Assembly: GCA_002716745.1 (NCBI GenBank)
Contig: PBBW01000001.1
Coordinates: 1 to 54,189, forward strand
DNA: 54,189 bases
Reading direction: 5' to 3'
DNA from: Gammaproteobacteria bacterium
GTDB taxonomy: Bacteria > Pseudomonadota > Gammaproteobacteria > Magnimaribacterales > TMED112
Shown: one piece after another, positions 18,526 through 28,868 of the stretch
Numbering within the stretch: position 1 is the stretch's first letter
Layout: each line of letters begins with the position of its first letter
Program-made: the position numbers and the translations under genes
Notes under the pieces: model-generated
Told to the model about the DNA's origin: nothing
What the model saw: only the letters and a program-made list of their open reading frames with translations
Databases searched by the model: none

Positions 18526-20311
18526 TTTAAGAAATTTTTCAATCATTGCCCATATAGATCATGGGAAATCTACTCTATCCGATAGAATCATTGAAAAATG
18601 TGGTGGCCTCTCAAAGAGAGAGATGAAATCGCAAGTACTTGACACTCTAGAGCTCGAAAGAGAAAGAGGGATAACTATTAAGGCTCAATCAGTAGCATTA
18701 GATTATATCTCTGAAGACAAGAAATTCTCTTTTAATTTAATAGATACACCTGGACATGTTGATTTTTCTTATGAGGTATCTCGATCTCTTGCAGCTTGTG
18801 AAGGGGCATTGCTTGTTGTGGATGGATCTCAGGGAGTGGAAGCACAAACTTTGTCCACATGCTACAAAGCAATCGATTTAGGATTGGAAGTAATTCCAGT
18901 TATTAATAAAATTGACCTGCCTCAGTCTGACCCTGATAAAGTGAAGAAAGAAATTGAAGAAATCATTGGAATTGATGCATCAGATGCGATTTGTGTAAGC
19001 GCAAAAGATGGAACAGGCCTTGAGGAATTAATAGAACAAATTATCCTGAAAATACCTCCGCCAAAACTTTCGAAAATACAAGATCTGCAAGCACTAATCA
19101 TTGACTCTTGGTATGATAATTTTCTTGGGGTAATTTCACTAATTAGAATATTCAGTGGCGAGTTAAAAAGTGGTGAAAAGTTTACTGTTAAATCAAATGG
19201 ACAAAGTTTCAGTGCTGATTCTCTCGGAGTCTTCACACCAAAAAAATCACCGCGTGAAATACTTCATTCTGGGGAGGTTGGATATTTGGTTGCAAATGTT
19301 AAGGATTTAAAATCTGTACCTGTTGGAGATACGATAGTTCTCACAAAAAAACGTGAAACACCACAGTTAGACGGTTTTGAAGAGGTACAGCCTCAGGTAT
19401 TCGCGTCCTTTTTTCCTATTGATTCAAATGATTACCAGTCTTTTAGGGAGGCTTTAATGAAATTAAATCTTAATGATGCTTCATTAACCTTTGAGCCCGA
19501 AAATTCTGAAATTCTTGGAAGTGGTTTCAGGTGTGGTTTTTTAGGTACGTTGCATCTAGAGGTAGTAAAGGAACGTCTTGAAAGAGAATATGGTCTTGAC
19601 TTAATCACAACTGCGCCTAGCGTAAGCTATGAAGTAATTAAGACAAATGGTGATGAGTTAATGATTTCCTCTCCAGCAGAACTCCCTACACCCAATGAAA
19701 TTCATCAAATTAAAGAACCAATTATTAGATCAACAGTACTATGTCCAGATAAATATGTGGGTGATGTTATAGAACTTGCCATGTCAAAAAGAGGAGTGCA
19801 AAAAGATTTGCAATATCTTGGAGGTCAAGTTTCTATTGTTTTTGAAATGCCGCTATCTGAAATAGTAATGGATTTTTTTGATATGCTTAAGTCAAAGAGC
19901 CAAGGATATGCTTCTGTAGACTTCGTTTTTTTAAGGTACCAGCATTCTGATCTTGTAAGAGTTGATGTTGCTGTAAATTCCTTAGTTGTGGATTCATTAT
20001 CTGCAATAATGCATAGATCTGATGCCCAGAGAAGAGGAAGAGAAATTGCCAAAAGGTTGAAAGAAGTTATTCCGAGACAAATGTTTGAAATACCAATACA
20101 AATAATGCTTGGAAGCAAAATAATTGCAAGAGAAAGTGTAAAAGCCTTTAGAAAAAATGTAACAGCAAAACTCTATGGAGGAGATGTCACACGGAAAAAG
20201 AAACTTCTTGAGAAACAAAAAGCTGGTAAAAAGAAAATGAAGCAAATTGGTAAAGTATCATTACCACAAGAGGCATTTTTAAGTTTTCTTTCCACAGACA
20301 AGAGAAAATAA
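18518..20311 (+). CDS. lepA: Elongation factor 4 (LepA)
   Basis: [19 protein letters not shown]1 motif, [12 protein letters not shown], and the LepA C-terminal domain. TTG start overlaps the degP end. Confidence 0.95.
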   Translation: MDNLRNFSIIAHIDHGKSTLSDRIIEKCGGLSKREMKSQVLDTLELERERGITIKAQSVALDYISEDKKFSFNLIDTPGHVDFSYEVSRSLAACEGALLVVDGSQGVEAQTLSTCYKAIDLGLEVIPVINKIDLPQSDPDKVKKEIEEIIGIDASDAICVSAKDGTGLEELIEQIILKIPPPKLSKIQDLQALIIDSWYDNFLGVISLIRIFSGELKSGEKFTVKSNGQSFSADSLGVFTPKKSPREILHSGEVGYLVANVKDLKSVPVGDTIVLTKKRETPQLDGFEEVQPQVFASFFPIDSNDYQSFREALMKLNLNDASLTFEPENSEILGSGFRCGFLGTLHLEVVKERLEREYGLDLITTAPSVSYEVIKTNGDELMISSPAELPTPNEIHQIKEPIIRSTVLCPDKYVGDVIELAMSKRGVQKDLQYLGGQVSIVFEMPLSEIVMDFFDMLKSKSQGYASVDFVFLRYQHSDLVRVDVAVNSLVVDSLSAIMHRSDAQRRGREIAKRLKEVIPRQMFEIPIQIMLGSKIIARESVKAFRKNVTAKLYGGDVTRKKKLLEKQKAGKKKMKQIGKVSLPQEAFLSFLSTDKRK

Positions 20312-21222
20312 TGTTGAATATTTTTTTTGATGCAATAACACCAATAGCAAATATATTCTGGTTTTTAATCTTAAATACAGCGATCTGTTTAATTTCAATT
20401 CATTGGATCCTTGCAAGGAAAAATAGTGATTCAAACCCAAAATATCACAGAATAATTCAGACTTTTGCACTTTTAATTTCTTTACTTGTGATTGGTATCT
20501 TATGGATTAAGCAATGGAATATTGGCGATCTCCTGGCATTTTATTCTTTATTCTCTGGTCTTATTCTTTTAGTCTCGTTACAAATTGATAATGAAGTAAT
20601 TAAAAAAGAATCCCGAGGGTGGTTTCTGAGCATTTTGCTGGTGTTTGTTTTGAGAGGTTACATTTATGAACCTTGGCAAATCCCATCCAGCTCAATGAAA
20701 CCAAATCTTGAAGTAGGAGATTTCGTATTAGTCAATAGAAATGCTTATGGCCTTGAAGTACCATTCACGAATAGAGCAAAAATATTTTCAAAATCGCCTG
20801 ATATCGGAGATATAGTGGTATTTTATCCGCCTCACAAACCTACAACACCATTTGTAAAGCGTGTTATAGCAAAGGGTGGAGACAATGTTGTGTATGTCAA
20901 TAAAAAGTTTTTTGTAAATGGGATTCAGCTTGATAGCAATTACTTTTCTGAAGATATTGCAGGATCAAGTTTGTTTTTTGAGCAAAACAATAATCTAAAG
21001 TATTTAATACGACAAATTGATTCAAGGCCATCAAATAATGGCAATTGGATTGTTCCTGAAGGTATGTTTTTTGTTTCTGGTGATAACAGAGACAACTCGA
21101 GTGACAGCAGAGAATGGGGTTTCATTAAAGGAGAATCAGTATGGGGAAGGGCAGATTATATTTGGTTATCTTGGCAGTCTGGCAGCCGACCTACTTTTAA
21201 AAGGGTAGGGAAAATTGAGTAA
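20311..21222 (+). CDS. lepB: Signal peptidase I
   Basis: SSSMKPNL (catalytic Ser), KRVIAKGGD (catalytic Lys), GDNRDNSSDSREWG box E, and lepA-lepB synteny. Confidence 0.9.
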   Translation: MLNIFFDAITPIANIFWFLILNTAICLISIHWILARKNSDSNPKYHRIIQTFALLISLLVIGILWIKQWNIGDLLAFYSLFSGLILLVSLQIDNEVIKKESRGWFLSILLVFVLRGYIYEPWQIPSSSMKPNLEVGDFVLVNRNAYGLEVPFTNRAKIFSKSPDIGDIVVFYPPHKPTTPFVKRVIAKGGDNVVYVNKKFFVNGIQLDSNYFSEDIAGSSLFFEQNNNLKYLIRQIDSRPSNNGNWIVPEGMFFVSGDNRDNSSDSREWGFIKGESVWGRADYIWLSWQSGSRPTFKRVGKIE

Positions 21223-21229
21223 AGATTAG

Positions 21230-22114
21230 ATGAAAAGATGTGGATATGTTTCAATTATTGGAAAAACAAATGTTGGGAAATCGACTTTTCTAAACTCTTT
21301 ATCTGGAAAGAAGGTTTCCATAACATCTAAGACATCACAGACTACAAGATCAAATATTTACACAATTAAAAACATTAAAAATACACAAGCTATTTTTATA
21401 GATACACCAGGCATTCACTCCAAGACAAATAAGGCAATGAATAAGATTCTCCGAAAAAAGCCTAGAGAAGTGGTAAATGATGTTGATCTAATATTATTTA
21501 TGATATCTGGATCAAAATTTGACGAGCTTGATGCTGAAACACTTAATTTAATAAAGAAATCAAATTCAAAAAAAATTCTTCTCATTAATAAAATTGATTT
21601 AGTTAAAGACAAATCTGAGTTATTTGAGTTTGTAAAGAACTTCGAGCACAAGGAGATCTTTGATTCTATCATTCCTCTATCTGCATTGAAAAACGATGGA
21701 ATTGATATTGTAGAAAAAGAAATAGAATCCCTCTTGCCAAAGAGTGATTTCTTTTATGATTCTAATAACTTTAATTTTCAAAGTTTTAGTTTTGAAATAA
21801 GCGAAATAATAAGGGAGAAAGTAATTAGGTATCTTGGGGATGAGCTCCCTTATGAGACTGCTGTACAAATTGAATCTATGAATGAGAAAGATGATGAGAT
21901 TGATATAAATGCTTTAATTTTAGTTTCTAGACAAAGCCAAAAAAAGATTGTTATTGGGTCAAAGGGAGAAAAGATTAAACAAATTGGTACTTCTGCAAGG
22001 AAAGAAATCAAAGAGATCCTAAAGAAAAAGGTACGGCTTGAATTATGGTGTAAGGTCAAAAAAAATTGGCTTAACGATCCTGTAACCTTAGAGAGCTTAG
22101 GAATTAAGAATTAA
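21230..22114 (+). CDS. era: GTPase Era
   Basis: GKTNVGKST P-loop, DTPG, NKID, and a KH domain (VIGSKGEKIKQIG). Confidence 0.9.
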   Translation: MKRCGYVSIIGKTNVGKSTFLNSLSGKKVSITSKTSQTTRSNIYTIKNIKNTQAIFIDTPGIHSKTNKAMNKILRKKPREVVNDVDLILFMISGSKFDELDAETLNLIKKSNSKKILLINKIDLVKDKSELFEFVKNFEHKEIFDSIIPLSALKNDGIDIVEKEIESLLPKSDFFYDSNNFNFQSFSFEISEIIREKVIRYLGDELPYETAVQIESMNEKDDEIDINALILVSRQSQKKIVIGSKGEKIKQIGTSARKEIKEILKKKVRLELWCKVKKNWLNDPVTLESLGIKN

Positions 22115-22791
22115 TGGTATTAAACTTACAAGAAGCGTTTGTCATACATTCAAAACCATACAAGGAGACAAGCCTGTTAGTAACATTCTTTGGAAGTGTA
22201 GATGGAAAAATATCTGCCATTGCAAAAGGTGCAAAAAGACCTAAGTCGAGGTTTTCAGGAAATCTTGAACCCTTTCAACTATTGCAAATTAATTTTACCG
22301 GGAGATCAGAATTAAAAACTCTGACGTCAGTTGATACGGTAAATGCCTATCAAGATTTCAGATCAAATAAAAATTTATATTCTGCCTTTTACATTAATGA
22401 ATTGATAAGTCTGATGGTAAAATCGAATGAAGACCCTACACAACTATTCTTAATATACAAAAATTCTCTGAATGAAATAAAAGGTACTGAAAGCATTGAA
22501 ATATGTCTCAGGAAATTTGAGCTGAATCTACTTGCAGTACTTGGGTATGAAATTAATTTCTCTACTGAATATAAGACTGGAGAAAAAATTTTACCTGATA
22601 AAAACTATATATACACACCAGAAAGTGGTTTTGTGGAGAATCAAATAGGATATAAGGGTTTGCAGCTTATTGATATTTCTAATAAAAGGTTCAGTGCTGA
22701 AAGCTTAGCTGTTGCCAAAAAAATAAATCAACAAACATTAGAATATTATTTCGATGAATTAAATATAAATAGTAGACTATTTTTTAAATGA
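22114..22791 (+). CDS. recO: DNA repair protein RecO
   Basis: N-terminal OB region (AFVIHSKPYKETSLLVTFF), size, and era-recO synteny. Confidence 0.75.
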   Translation: MVLNLQEAFVIHSKPYKETSLLVTFFGSVDGKISAIAKGAKRPKSRFSGNLEPFQLLQINFTGRSELKTLTSVDTVNAYQDFRSNKNLYSAFYINELISLMVKSNEDPTQLFLIYKNSLNEIKGTESIEICLRKFELNLLAVLGYEINFSTEYKTGEKILPDKNYIYTPESGFVENQIGYKGLQLIDISNKRFSAESLAVAKKINQQTLEYYFDELNINSRLFFK

Positions 22792-23144
22792 TTATTGGCG
22801 TAGGCACAGATATTCTTAATCAAGAGAGAGTCGAAGCTCTTTACACAAAATATAAAAAAAAATTCCCCAGTAAAATACTTTCTTCTGAAGAGTTAAATTA
22901 TTTCAATAAACTTAAACATAAGAGTAAGGTAAATTTTCTTTGTTCGTCTTTTTGTGCAAAAGAAGCATTTGTAAAAGCACTAGGAACAGGTTTTAGAAGT
23001 CTATATCTATCACAAATTACCTATTCTAAAAATGAAATTGGAGCCCCATCTCTTAAGTATGTGAAGAGGAATAATTTTAAAATTCACCTATCAATCTCTA
23101 ACACTGATAGATATACTCAATCATTTATAGTATTGGAAAAATGA
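22788..23144 (+). CDS. acpS: Holo-ACP synthase
   Basis: IIGVGTDI start, FCAKEAFVKALG motif, ~118 aa. Confidence 0.85.
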   Translation: MIIGVGTDILNQERVEALYTKYKKKFPSKILSSEELNYFNKLKHKSKVNFLCSSFCAKEAFVKALGTGFRSLYLSQITYSKNEIGAPSLKYVKRNNFKIHLSISNTDRYTQSFIVLEK

Positions 23145-23773
23145 ATCTAATCTTACTTGGCATGCCAGGAGCGGGTAAAGGCACTCAGGCAGAACATCTT
23201 CAAAAGAAATTTTCTTTAGCAAATGTATCTACTGGTGCAATTTTAAGGGATGTAAGTAAATCAAATACACCTCAAGCTAAAAAGGTACGTCAATTTCTTG
23301 ATAGTGGAAAGCTTGTTCCAAATGAAATAATTATTGAGATGTTGGTTAAAAGAATCAATGAGAAAGACTGTGCTAATGGATTTATTCTGGACGGTTTTCC
23401 AAGAAATCTTGAACAGGCAATATCATTGGATGATGCTTCGGTAAATATTGATAGAGTTATTTTTTTAAGGATCTCAGAGGATGAAATAGTCTCAAGGATG
23501 TCTGGTAGAAGGGTCCATCTCGCCTCTGGTCGCTCTTACCATGTTATTCATAATCCTCCAAAAATTGATGGTAAGGATGATATTACTGGTGAAGAACTAG
23601 TTCAAAGAGATGATGATAAGCCAGAAGTAATAAAGAAGAGAGTCGAAGTTTATTTCAGAGAAACAGAGCCATTATTAAAATTTTATAAAAATAGCCAAAT
23701 AAACTTTAATGAAATTGATGCCTCAAAACCTATGAAAATAGTTACAAGCAAAATTTTAAAAGCACTAAGTTGA
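23141..23773 (+). CDS. adk: Adenylate kinase
   Basis: GMPGAGKGTQA P-loop, ILDGFPRN, and a LID segment without zinc cysteines. Confidence 0.95.
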   Translation: MNLILLGMPGAGKGTQAEHLQKKFSLANVSTGAILRDVSKSNTPQAKKVRQFLDSGKLVPNEIIIEMLVKRINEKDCANGFILDGFPRNLEQAISLDDASVNIDRVIFLRISEDEIVSRMSGRRVHLASGRSYHVIHNPPKIDGKDDITGEELVQRDDDKPEVIKKRVEVYFRETEPLLKFYKNSQINFNEIDASKPMKIVTSKILKALS

Positions 23774-24357
23774 ATATTCTTTCGATAGACCTTACAAGTG
23801 AAAACCACTATATCTGTATATTTTATTTGGGAGAGTATTATAACTTTGAGTTTAAGGAGGAAGACAAAACTAAAAGAAATGATTGGGATAAAAAAATTGA
23901 AACAATCCAATCCAATATAAATAGTTTTGATATATTAAATCTTGATGCATGTATTTATGCTGCTGGCCCAGGATCCTATACAGGCGCTAGATTGGCTTAC
24001 ACTTTTCTGAGCTCTTTGGAATTCATTAACAGCACTCCATTCTTTGCTATCTCAAATCTGTCAGCTATCGCAGCGAATGAAAAAGAAATGATCCCTGTAA
24101 TTTTTGGAAATAATAAAGATATTTTTTATCAACAAGATGGCAAAGACACATATTGTCAAGATTTAAGCAGAGTACAGCTATTAGGTAAAAAATTGATAGG
24201 AATCCAGCCTGATATTGAAGTGCTCGACAAATTACTAGATAAGAATTCTATTGCAAAATCAATGATACAGATATTCCTGGAGGACAAAAAAAATATCCTC
24301 AAAGAAAATTTTCCAAATTATATCAAGCAGTTAGATTACAGAAAAATCGATGGATGA
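23770..24357 (+). CDS. tsaB: tRNA t6A37 modification protein TsaB (YeaZ)
   Basis: ILSIDLTSE start and the GPGSYTGARL motif. TTG start. Confidence 0.7.
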   Translation: MNILSIDLTSENHYICIFYLGEYYNFEFKEEDKTKRNDWDKKIETIQSNINSFDILNLDACIYAAGPGSYTGARLAYTFLSSLEFINSTPFFAISNLSAIAANEKEMIPVIFGNNKDIFYQQDGKDTYCQDLSRVQLLGKKLIGIQPDIEVLDKLLDKNSIAKSMIQIFLEDKKNILKENFPNYIKQLDYRKIDG

Positions 24358-25111
24358 ATTAAATTATATTCAAATTTTGATACTCAGTATATTGCAAGCA
24401 GTTACCGAATTTCTCCCAATTTCGAGTTCTGCACATTTGTTATTGCCGTCAAAAATTTTAGGTTGGGCTGATCAAGGTATATTTTTTGATATATCTGTTC
24501 ATTTTGCCAGCCTAGCTGCTGTGATAATTTATTTAAGAGAGGATGTCTTAAAGCTAAGTTTTCTTAATTCTAGGCTTTTTTTTATGTTATGCCTCGCTAC
24601 TATCCCAATTGTAGTAATTGCCCCAATTATCGCGTCTTATGAACCTAGATGGACTATTTTTACAATTGCCATATCAAATATATTGTTTGCTCTGTTACTT
24701 TACGCTTCGACTTTAATTGGGTCGCAGGCAAAACAGATAAGGGAAATGTCATCAAATGAAGCATTTTTAATAGGTATATGGCAAGTTTTTAGCATAATTT
24801 CAGGAGCATCTAGATCTGGTACCGCTATCACAGGAGCACTTTTCTTAGGATTTAGTCGAGAAGAGGCAGCACGATTTGCTATTTTACTCTCCATACCTAC
24901 AATCTTAGGAGCATTAGTATTTTCTTTTGGTAAAAATGCAATTTTAACGACAGATGTTGATATTTTAGCGACATTTATAGCATTTTTAACAACATTTATA
25001 ATATCATATTTTACTATTGATTGGTTTATTAAGTTTGTTCGAAAGGTTGGTTTTGGGATTTTTATAGTTTATAGACTTTGTTTAGGTGTTTTATTGTTAT
25101 GTCTGATGTAA
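24350..25111 (+). CDS. uppP: Undecaprenyl-diphosphate phosphatase
   Basis: LQAVTEFLPISSSAHL and SRSGTAITG motifs in a polytopic membrane protein. Confidence 0.9.
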   Translation: MDELNYIQILILSILQAVTEFLPISSSAHLLLPSKILGWADQGIFFDISVHFASLAAVIIYLREDVLKLSFLNSRLFFMLCLATIPIVVIAPIIASYEPRWTIFTIAISNILFALLLYASTLIGSQAKQIREMSSNEAFLIGIWQVFSIISGASRSGTAITGALFLGFSREEAARFAILLSIPTILGALVFSFGKNAILTTDVDILATFIAFLTTFIISYFTIDWFIKFVRKVGFGIFIVYRLCLGVLLLCLM

Positions 25112-25830
25112 ACGCTATTTATTTTCAGAATCAAACATTTAAAAATATTGCTGCTACCTATGCAAAAAAATATAATCTTCCTCTTACAACCAATATTCCC
25201 CTAACTCCTTTTATAAATATTTCAGATGAATCATTTATATCTTTCGATGAACTTTCTCTTAAAAATAATTTTAATAAGGGTAGCTTTAAAAACAGAATCA
25301 TTAATTTTCAAAGAGAAAATCTTTTAAAAAAAGCTATAGGACATAAAAAAAAGCCATCTAAAAAGATACTTGATGTAACTGGCGGTTTAGGGCATGACTC
25401 ATTTCTATTTGCTTTATTAGGCCATGAAGTAACTTTAGTTGAGAGAAATACAGGGCTTTGCATCCTTTTTGAAGAAGCTTTACGAAATCTGCCAAAGACT
25501 ACTTACTTCGAGAAGGCAAAATCTAAAATAAATGTTCTCAATAAAAATTCAGAAAAGTTTTTAAATGAGCTTGATATTTATGATGTCATATATGTTGATC
25601 CAATGTTTGATATTAAGTCAAAAGCTGGACGATCAGGCCAGCTAAACACAATGCAAAGATATCTGAGTGATCAATCTGATGTTTCTATAACTTTGATGGA
25701 AGGCAATTTCAAACGTATGGTCATTAAAAGGCCTATATCATTTAATCATTCCAAAAGTCTAAAACCTCAAATAACTGTTAAAGGAAAAGCTGTTGTTTTC
25801 CATGTATTTCTTAAGAACCCCAACAATTAA
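25099..25830 (+). CDS. rsmJ: 16S rRNA m2G1516 methyltransferase RsmJ (YhiQ)
   Basis: DVTGGLGHDSFLFALLGHEVTLVERN, YVDPMF and VIKRP align with E. coli RsmJ motifs. Start set at MSDVNAIY. Confidence 0.75.
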   Translation: MSDVNAIYFQNQTFKNIAATYAKKYNLPLTTNIPLTPFINISDESFISFDELSLKNNFNKGSFKNRIINFQRENLLKKAIGHKKKPSKKILDVTGGLGHDSFLFALLGHEVTLVERNTGLCILFEEALRNLPKTTYFEKAKSKINVLNKNSEKFLNELDIYDVIYVDPMFDIKSKAGRSGQLNTMQRYLSDQSDVSITLMEGNFKRMVIKRPISFNHSKSLKPQITVKGKAVVFHVFLKNPNN

Positions 25831-25855
25831 TATAATTATCTGCTAACATTACGAA

Positions 25856-26386
25856 ATGAATTTTGGACAGGCAATTGATTCGGCTTTTATTAAAAAATAT
25901 AAGACGTTTAAGGGCAGAGCATGTCGGGCAGAATGGTTTTATTTCCTTTTGTTTTCATTCATTTTAACCTTAATCGTTTCGATAATAGGAAGTTTTTGGT
26001 CAATATCAAATGTGGATCTTGAAATTCTTTCGACAATGTCAGAAGAGGAAATAACAGAGTACCTTGTGCAGGGAGAAAGCTTCCAAGCACTACAATGGCT
26101 TGTGTTGGCTATATCTATTGTGCTTTTTGTTCCCTCAATGTCAGTTACCATACGAAGATTGCAAGATATTGATATTTCATTTGCATGGGTAACTCCTTAC
26201 TTTGTCGGTTCAATTATGGCTGTAGCCTCTGGTTTTGATCCAACATCTGACTTATCACAAAGATTTGGAGGAATTTCAAATCTAATTCTAATTGTTTACC
26301 TATTGGTTTTTCTTAGAAAGGGTACGCCCGGAAAGAATAGATTTGGTAAAAACCCTCTTGAAGAACTTCAAAAAGATACCTACTAA
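25856..26386 (+). CDS. DUF805 family inner membrane protein
   Basis: N-terminal F.GRA.R.EWFYF signature of DUF805 and several hydrophobic segments. Confidence 0.6.
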   Translation: MNFGQAIDSAFIKKYKTFKGRACRAEWFYFLLFSFILTLIVSIIGSFWSISNVDLEILSTMSEEEITEYLVQGESFQALQWLVLAISIVLFVPSMSVTIRRLQDIDISFAWVTPYFVGSIMAVASGFDPTSDLSQRFGGISNLILIVYLLVFLRKGTPGKNRFGKNPLEELQKDTY

Positions 26387-26700
26387 TCCTCGAGAATTAC
26401 ACCCGTTCCGTATGCTACAACCTCTGAAGCTCCTTGTGCAATAGTGCTAGATTGTATTCTGAAACATACAATTGCATTAGCACCTTTCTCCTCGGCATCC
26501 TTGACCATTCTCTCTACTGCTTGATCTCGGGTTTGTTGGAGCAATCTTGAGTACTCCTCGACTTCACCCCCAATTATATTTTTAATGCTCGCAAAAACAT
26601 CTGCTGCCGCATTTCTTGCCCTTGCAGAACTTCCTTTGACGTATCCAATTGTTTTAGCAATTTTTTTTTCAGTAATCTGATCTGAAGTTGTGATAAGCAT
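26383..26700 (-). CDS. YbjQ/UPF0145 family protein
   Basis: About 105 aa, with IGGEVEEY...R..A...M...A...GANAIV and GTGV near the C-terminus. Confidence 0.7.
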   Translation of the reverse strand: MLITTSDQITEKKIAKTIGYVKGSSARARNAAADVFASIKNIIGGEVEEYSRLLQQTRDQAVERMVKDAEEKGANAIVCFRIQSSTIAQGASEVVAYGTGVILED

Positions 26701-26762
26701 ATGCTTATTATTTATTAAATTTCTTTCTTTTCAAAGTCAAAACATTTAAAATCCCTTACTTT

Positions 26763-26972
26763 ATGGCAGTACAAAAAAGCAAAAAAACTAGAAGTAGGAT
26801 TGGAATGAGACGATCTCATGACTCTCTAAGTACCAACTCGCTTTCCACAGATCAAGTTTCTGGAGAAAAACATCTTCGTCATAATTTGTCAGCAGATGGT
26901 TTTTACAAAGGAAGATTAGTAAAGGATCTAAAGAAAAAAGAAAAAGAATCAGAAGAAGATCTTCAGCAGTAA
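26763..26972 (+). CDS. rpmF: 50S ribosomal protein L32, with a C-terminal Lys/Glu-rich extension
   Basis: [22 protein letters not shown] start typical of L32. Confidence 0.9.
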   Translation: MAVQKSKKTRSRIGMRRSHDSLSTNSLSTDQVSGEKHLRHNLSADGFYKGRLVKDLKKKEKESEEDLQQ

Positions 26973-26975
26973 AAT

Positions 26976-27905
26976 ATGAATTTCTCATTTCTTTTTCCTG
27001 GTCAAGGCTCTCAATACAATGGAATGCTAAAAGAGCATTTTGAAGAATTTCCAGAGTTTTCTGAAACTATTGCTGAAGGGGAAGAATTTTACAAAGAAAA
27101 GTTTCAAGAAGTAATTTTTTCAAATGATCCAAGATTGTCTGATACATACTACACGCAACCTTTACTATTGTTGGTGAGCTTTGCTTTTGTTAGAGTTTGG
27201 AAAAAGCACAATTGCCCATCACCAAAAGTAAGTTTTGGGCATAGTTTGGGTGAGGTTTCATCATTGCTAAGTTCCGAGGTATTTCATTTAAAAGCCGCTT
27301 TAGAATTCGTACAATCTCGTGCAAACCTAATGATAGCCAGCAAAGGGTCAAAAAAAACAAAAATGGTGGCAGTTCTTGGCTTAGATTCTAAAAAAATTCT
27401 TGAGATTGTAAGTGAAAAAAAGGCTGACTTTCTTGAAGCTGTCAATTTTAACTCTCCTATTCAAACAGTAATTGCTGGAAATACAGATGAAGTTGAGCTA
27501 CTAAAACCATCGCTTAAGAAAGCTGGCGCTAAGAGGATCATTGATTTATCAGTTTCAGTTCCATCCCATTCAAGTTTAATGAATATTGCCTCAACAAAGT
27601 TAAGAGTGGTACTAGAAGATTTATCACTTGGAAAAGCAATATTCCCCACAATCCACAATATAGATTCAAAAGTATCTCTTTCGTCGAACGAAATCAAAGA
27701 TAAGCTTGCTTATCAGATATCAAAACCTGTGCTTTGGACGGATTCAATGAAAAAATTAAAAAAATATGGTTTAGACGAGCATCTAGAGCTAGGCCCTGGA
27801 AAGGTGCTTTGTTCCCTCGGAAAACAGAACCGAGTTACAGGTAATTTCTTTAGCTTTGATGACATAAAGGTTTTTAAGGATAAACTTAATAAGTATGGAA
27901 ACTAA
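26976..27905 (+). CDS. fabD: Malonyl-CoA:ACP transacylase
   Basis: FLFPGQGSQ start, GHSLGE active-site serine motif, and its position before fabG-acpP. Confidence 0.9.
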   Translation: MNFSFLFPGQGSQYNGMLKEHFEEFPEFSETIAEGEEFYKEKFQEVIFSNDPRLSDTYYTQPLLLLVSFAFVRVWKKHNCPSPKVSFGHSLGEVSSLLSSEVFHLKAALEFVQSRANLMIASKGSKKTKMVAVLGLDSKKILEIVSEKKADFLEAVNFNSPIQTVIAGNTDEVELLKPSLKKAGAKRIIDLSVSVPSHSSLMNIASTKLRVVLEDLSLGKAIFPTIHNIDSKVSLSSNEIKDKLAYQISKPVLWTDSMKKLKKYGLDEHLELGPGKVLCSLGKQNRVTGNFFSFDDIKVFKDKLNKYGN

Positions 27906-28599
27906 AACAGCTTTAATAACTGGTGGGAGTAGAGGCATAGGGAGAGAACTAGTAGATATTTTTCTTGAATCTGGTTACAGAGTGATTGCTACATGCAGAG
28001 ATAAAACAAAAAGTAAATTTATGGAAAACAAAAATTTAACTGTTGAAAATTTAGATATTTCATCTAAAGATTCTGTGGAAGAGATTCAAAATTTAGTTGA
28101 AGAGATAGGTGTAGATATTCTAATAAATAACGCAGGAATTACTAATGATAAATTATTTTTAAGAATGTCTGAGAGCGAATGGAATGACGTAATAAATACA
28201 AATCTAAATGGAGTTTTCAGGGTAACAAAACTTGTAATGAAACATATGCTCAAAAAGAAATGGGGAAGAATTATAAACATTAGCTCTATTTCAGGAGCAA
28301 TGGGCAATCCAGGGCAAACAAATTATTCTGCATCTAAGGCTGGAGTAGACGGCTTTACAAGGTCTCTAGCTAAAGAACTGGGCTCAAGGAATATAACAGT
28401 CAATTCTGTTTCGCCAGGCTTTATTGAAACGAATATGACGGAGAACATAGTAAATGAAGAAATCATAAAAAAGATACCACTTCAAAGGCTTGGAAAACCT
28501 AGCGATATAAGCCCTTTAGTTCTTTTTCTTGCTTCTGATGAGTCTAACTACATTACCGGGCAAACTTTAGTGGTTGATGGCGGCCTATTTATGAAGTAA
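27895..28599 (+). CDS. fabG: 3-oxoacyl-ACP reductase
   Basis: TGGSRGIG, NNAG and YSASKAG motifs, plus synteny. Confidence 0.9.
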   Translation: METKTALITGGSRGIGRELVDIFLESGYRVIATCRDKTKSKFMENKNLTVENLDISSKDSVEEIQNLVEEIGVDILINNAGITNDKLFLRMSESEWNDVINTNLNGVFRVTKLVMKHMLKKKWGRIINISSISGAMGNPGQTNYSASKAGVDGFTRSLAKELGSRNITVNSVSPGFIETNMTENIVNEEIIKKIPLQRLGKPSDISPLVLFLASDESNYITGQTLVVDGGLFMK

Positions 28600-28634
28600 T
28601 GTATGCAATACGATTCTAAGTTTTTGGAGTAAAT

Positions 28635-28868
28635 ATGAGTGATGTTCTAAATAAAGTTGTTGATATAGTTTGTGGTCAGCTTTCAGTTGACAAAGCTGAT
28701 GTAAATCCTGAATCTGCATTTGTAGAGGATTTAGGAGCAGATTCATTAGACACTGTTGAGTTAGTGATGGCATTTGAGGAAGAATTCGACGTTGAAATAC
28801 CCGATGACGAAGCAGAAAAAATCACGACAATCCAAAGTGCTGTTGAATGGATCGAAGGCAATAGCTAG
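28635..28868 (+). CDS. acpP: Acyl carrier protein
   Basis: [19 protein letters not shown] phosphopantetheine attachment motif. Confidence 0.97.
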   Translation: MSDVLNKVVDIVCGQLSVDKADVNPESAFVEDLGADSLDTVELVMAFEEEFDVEIPDDEAEKITTIQSAVEWIEGNS

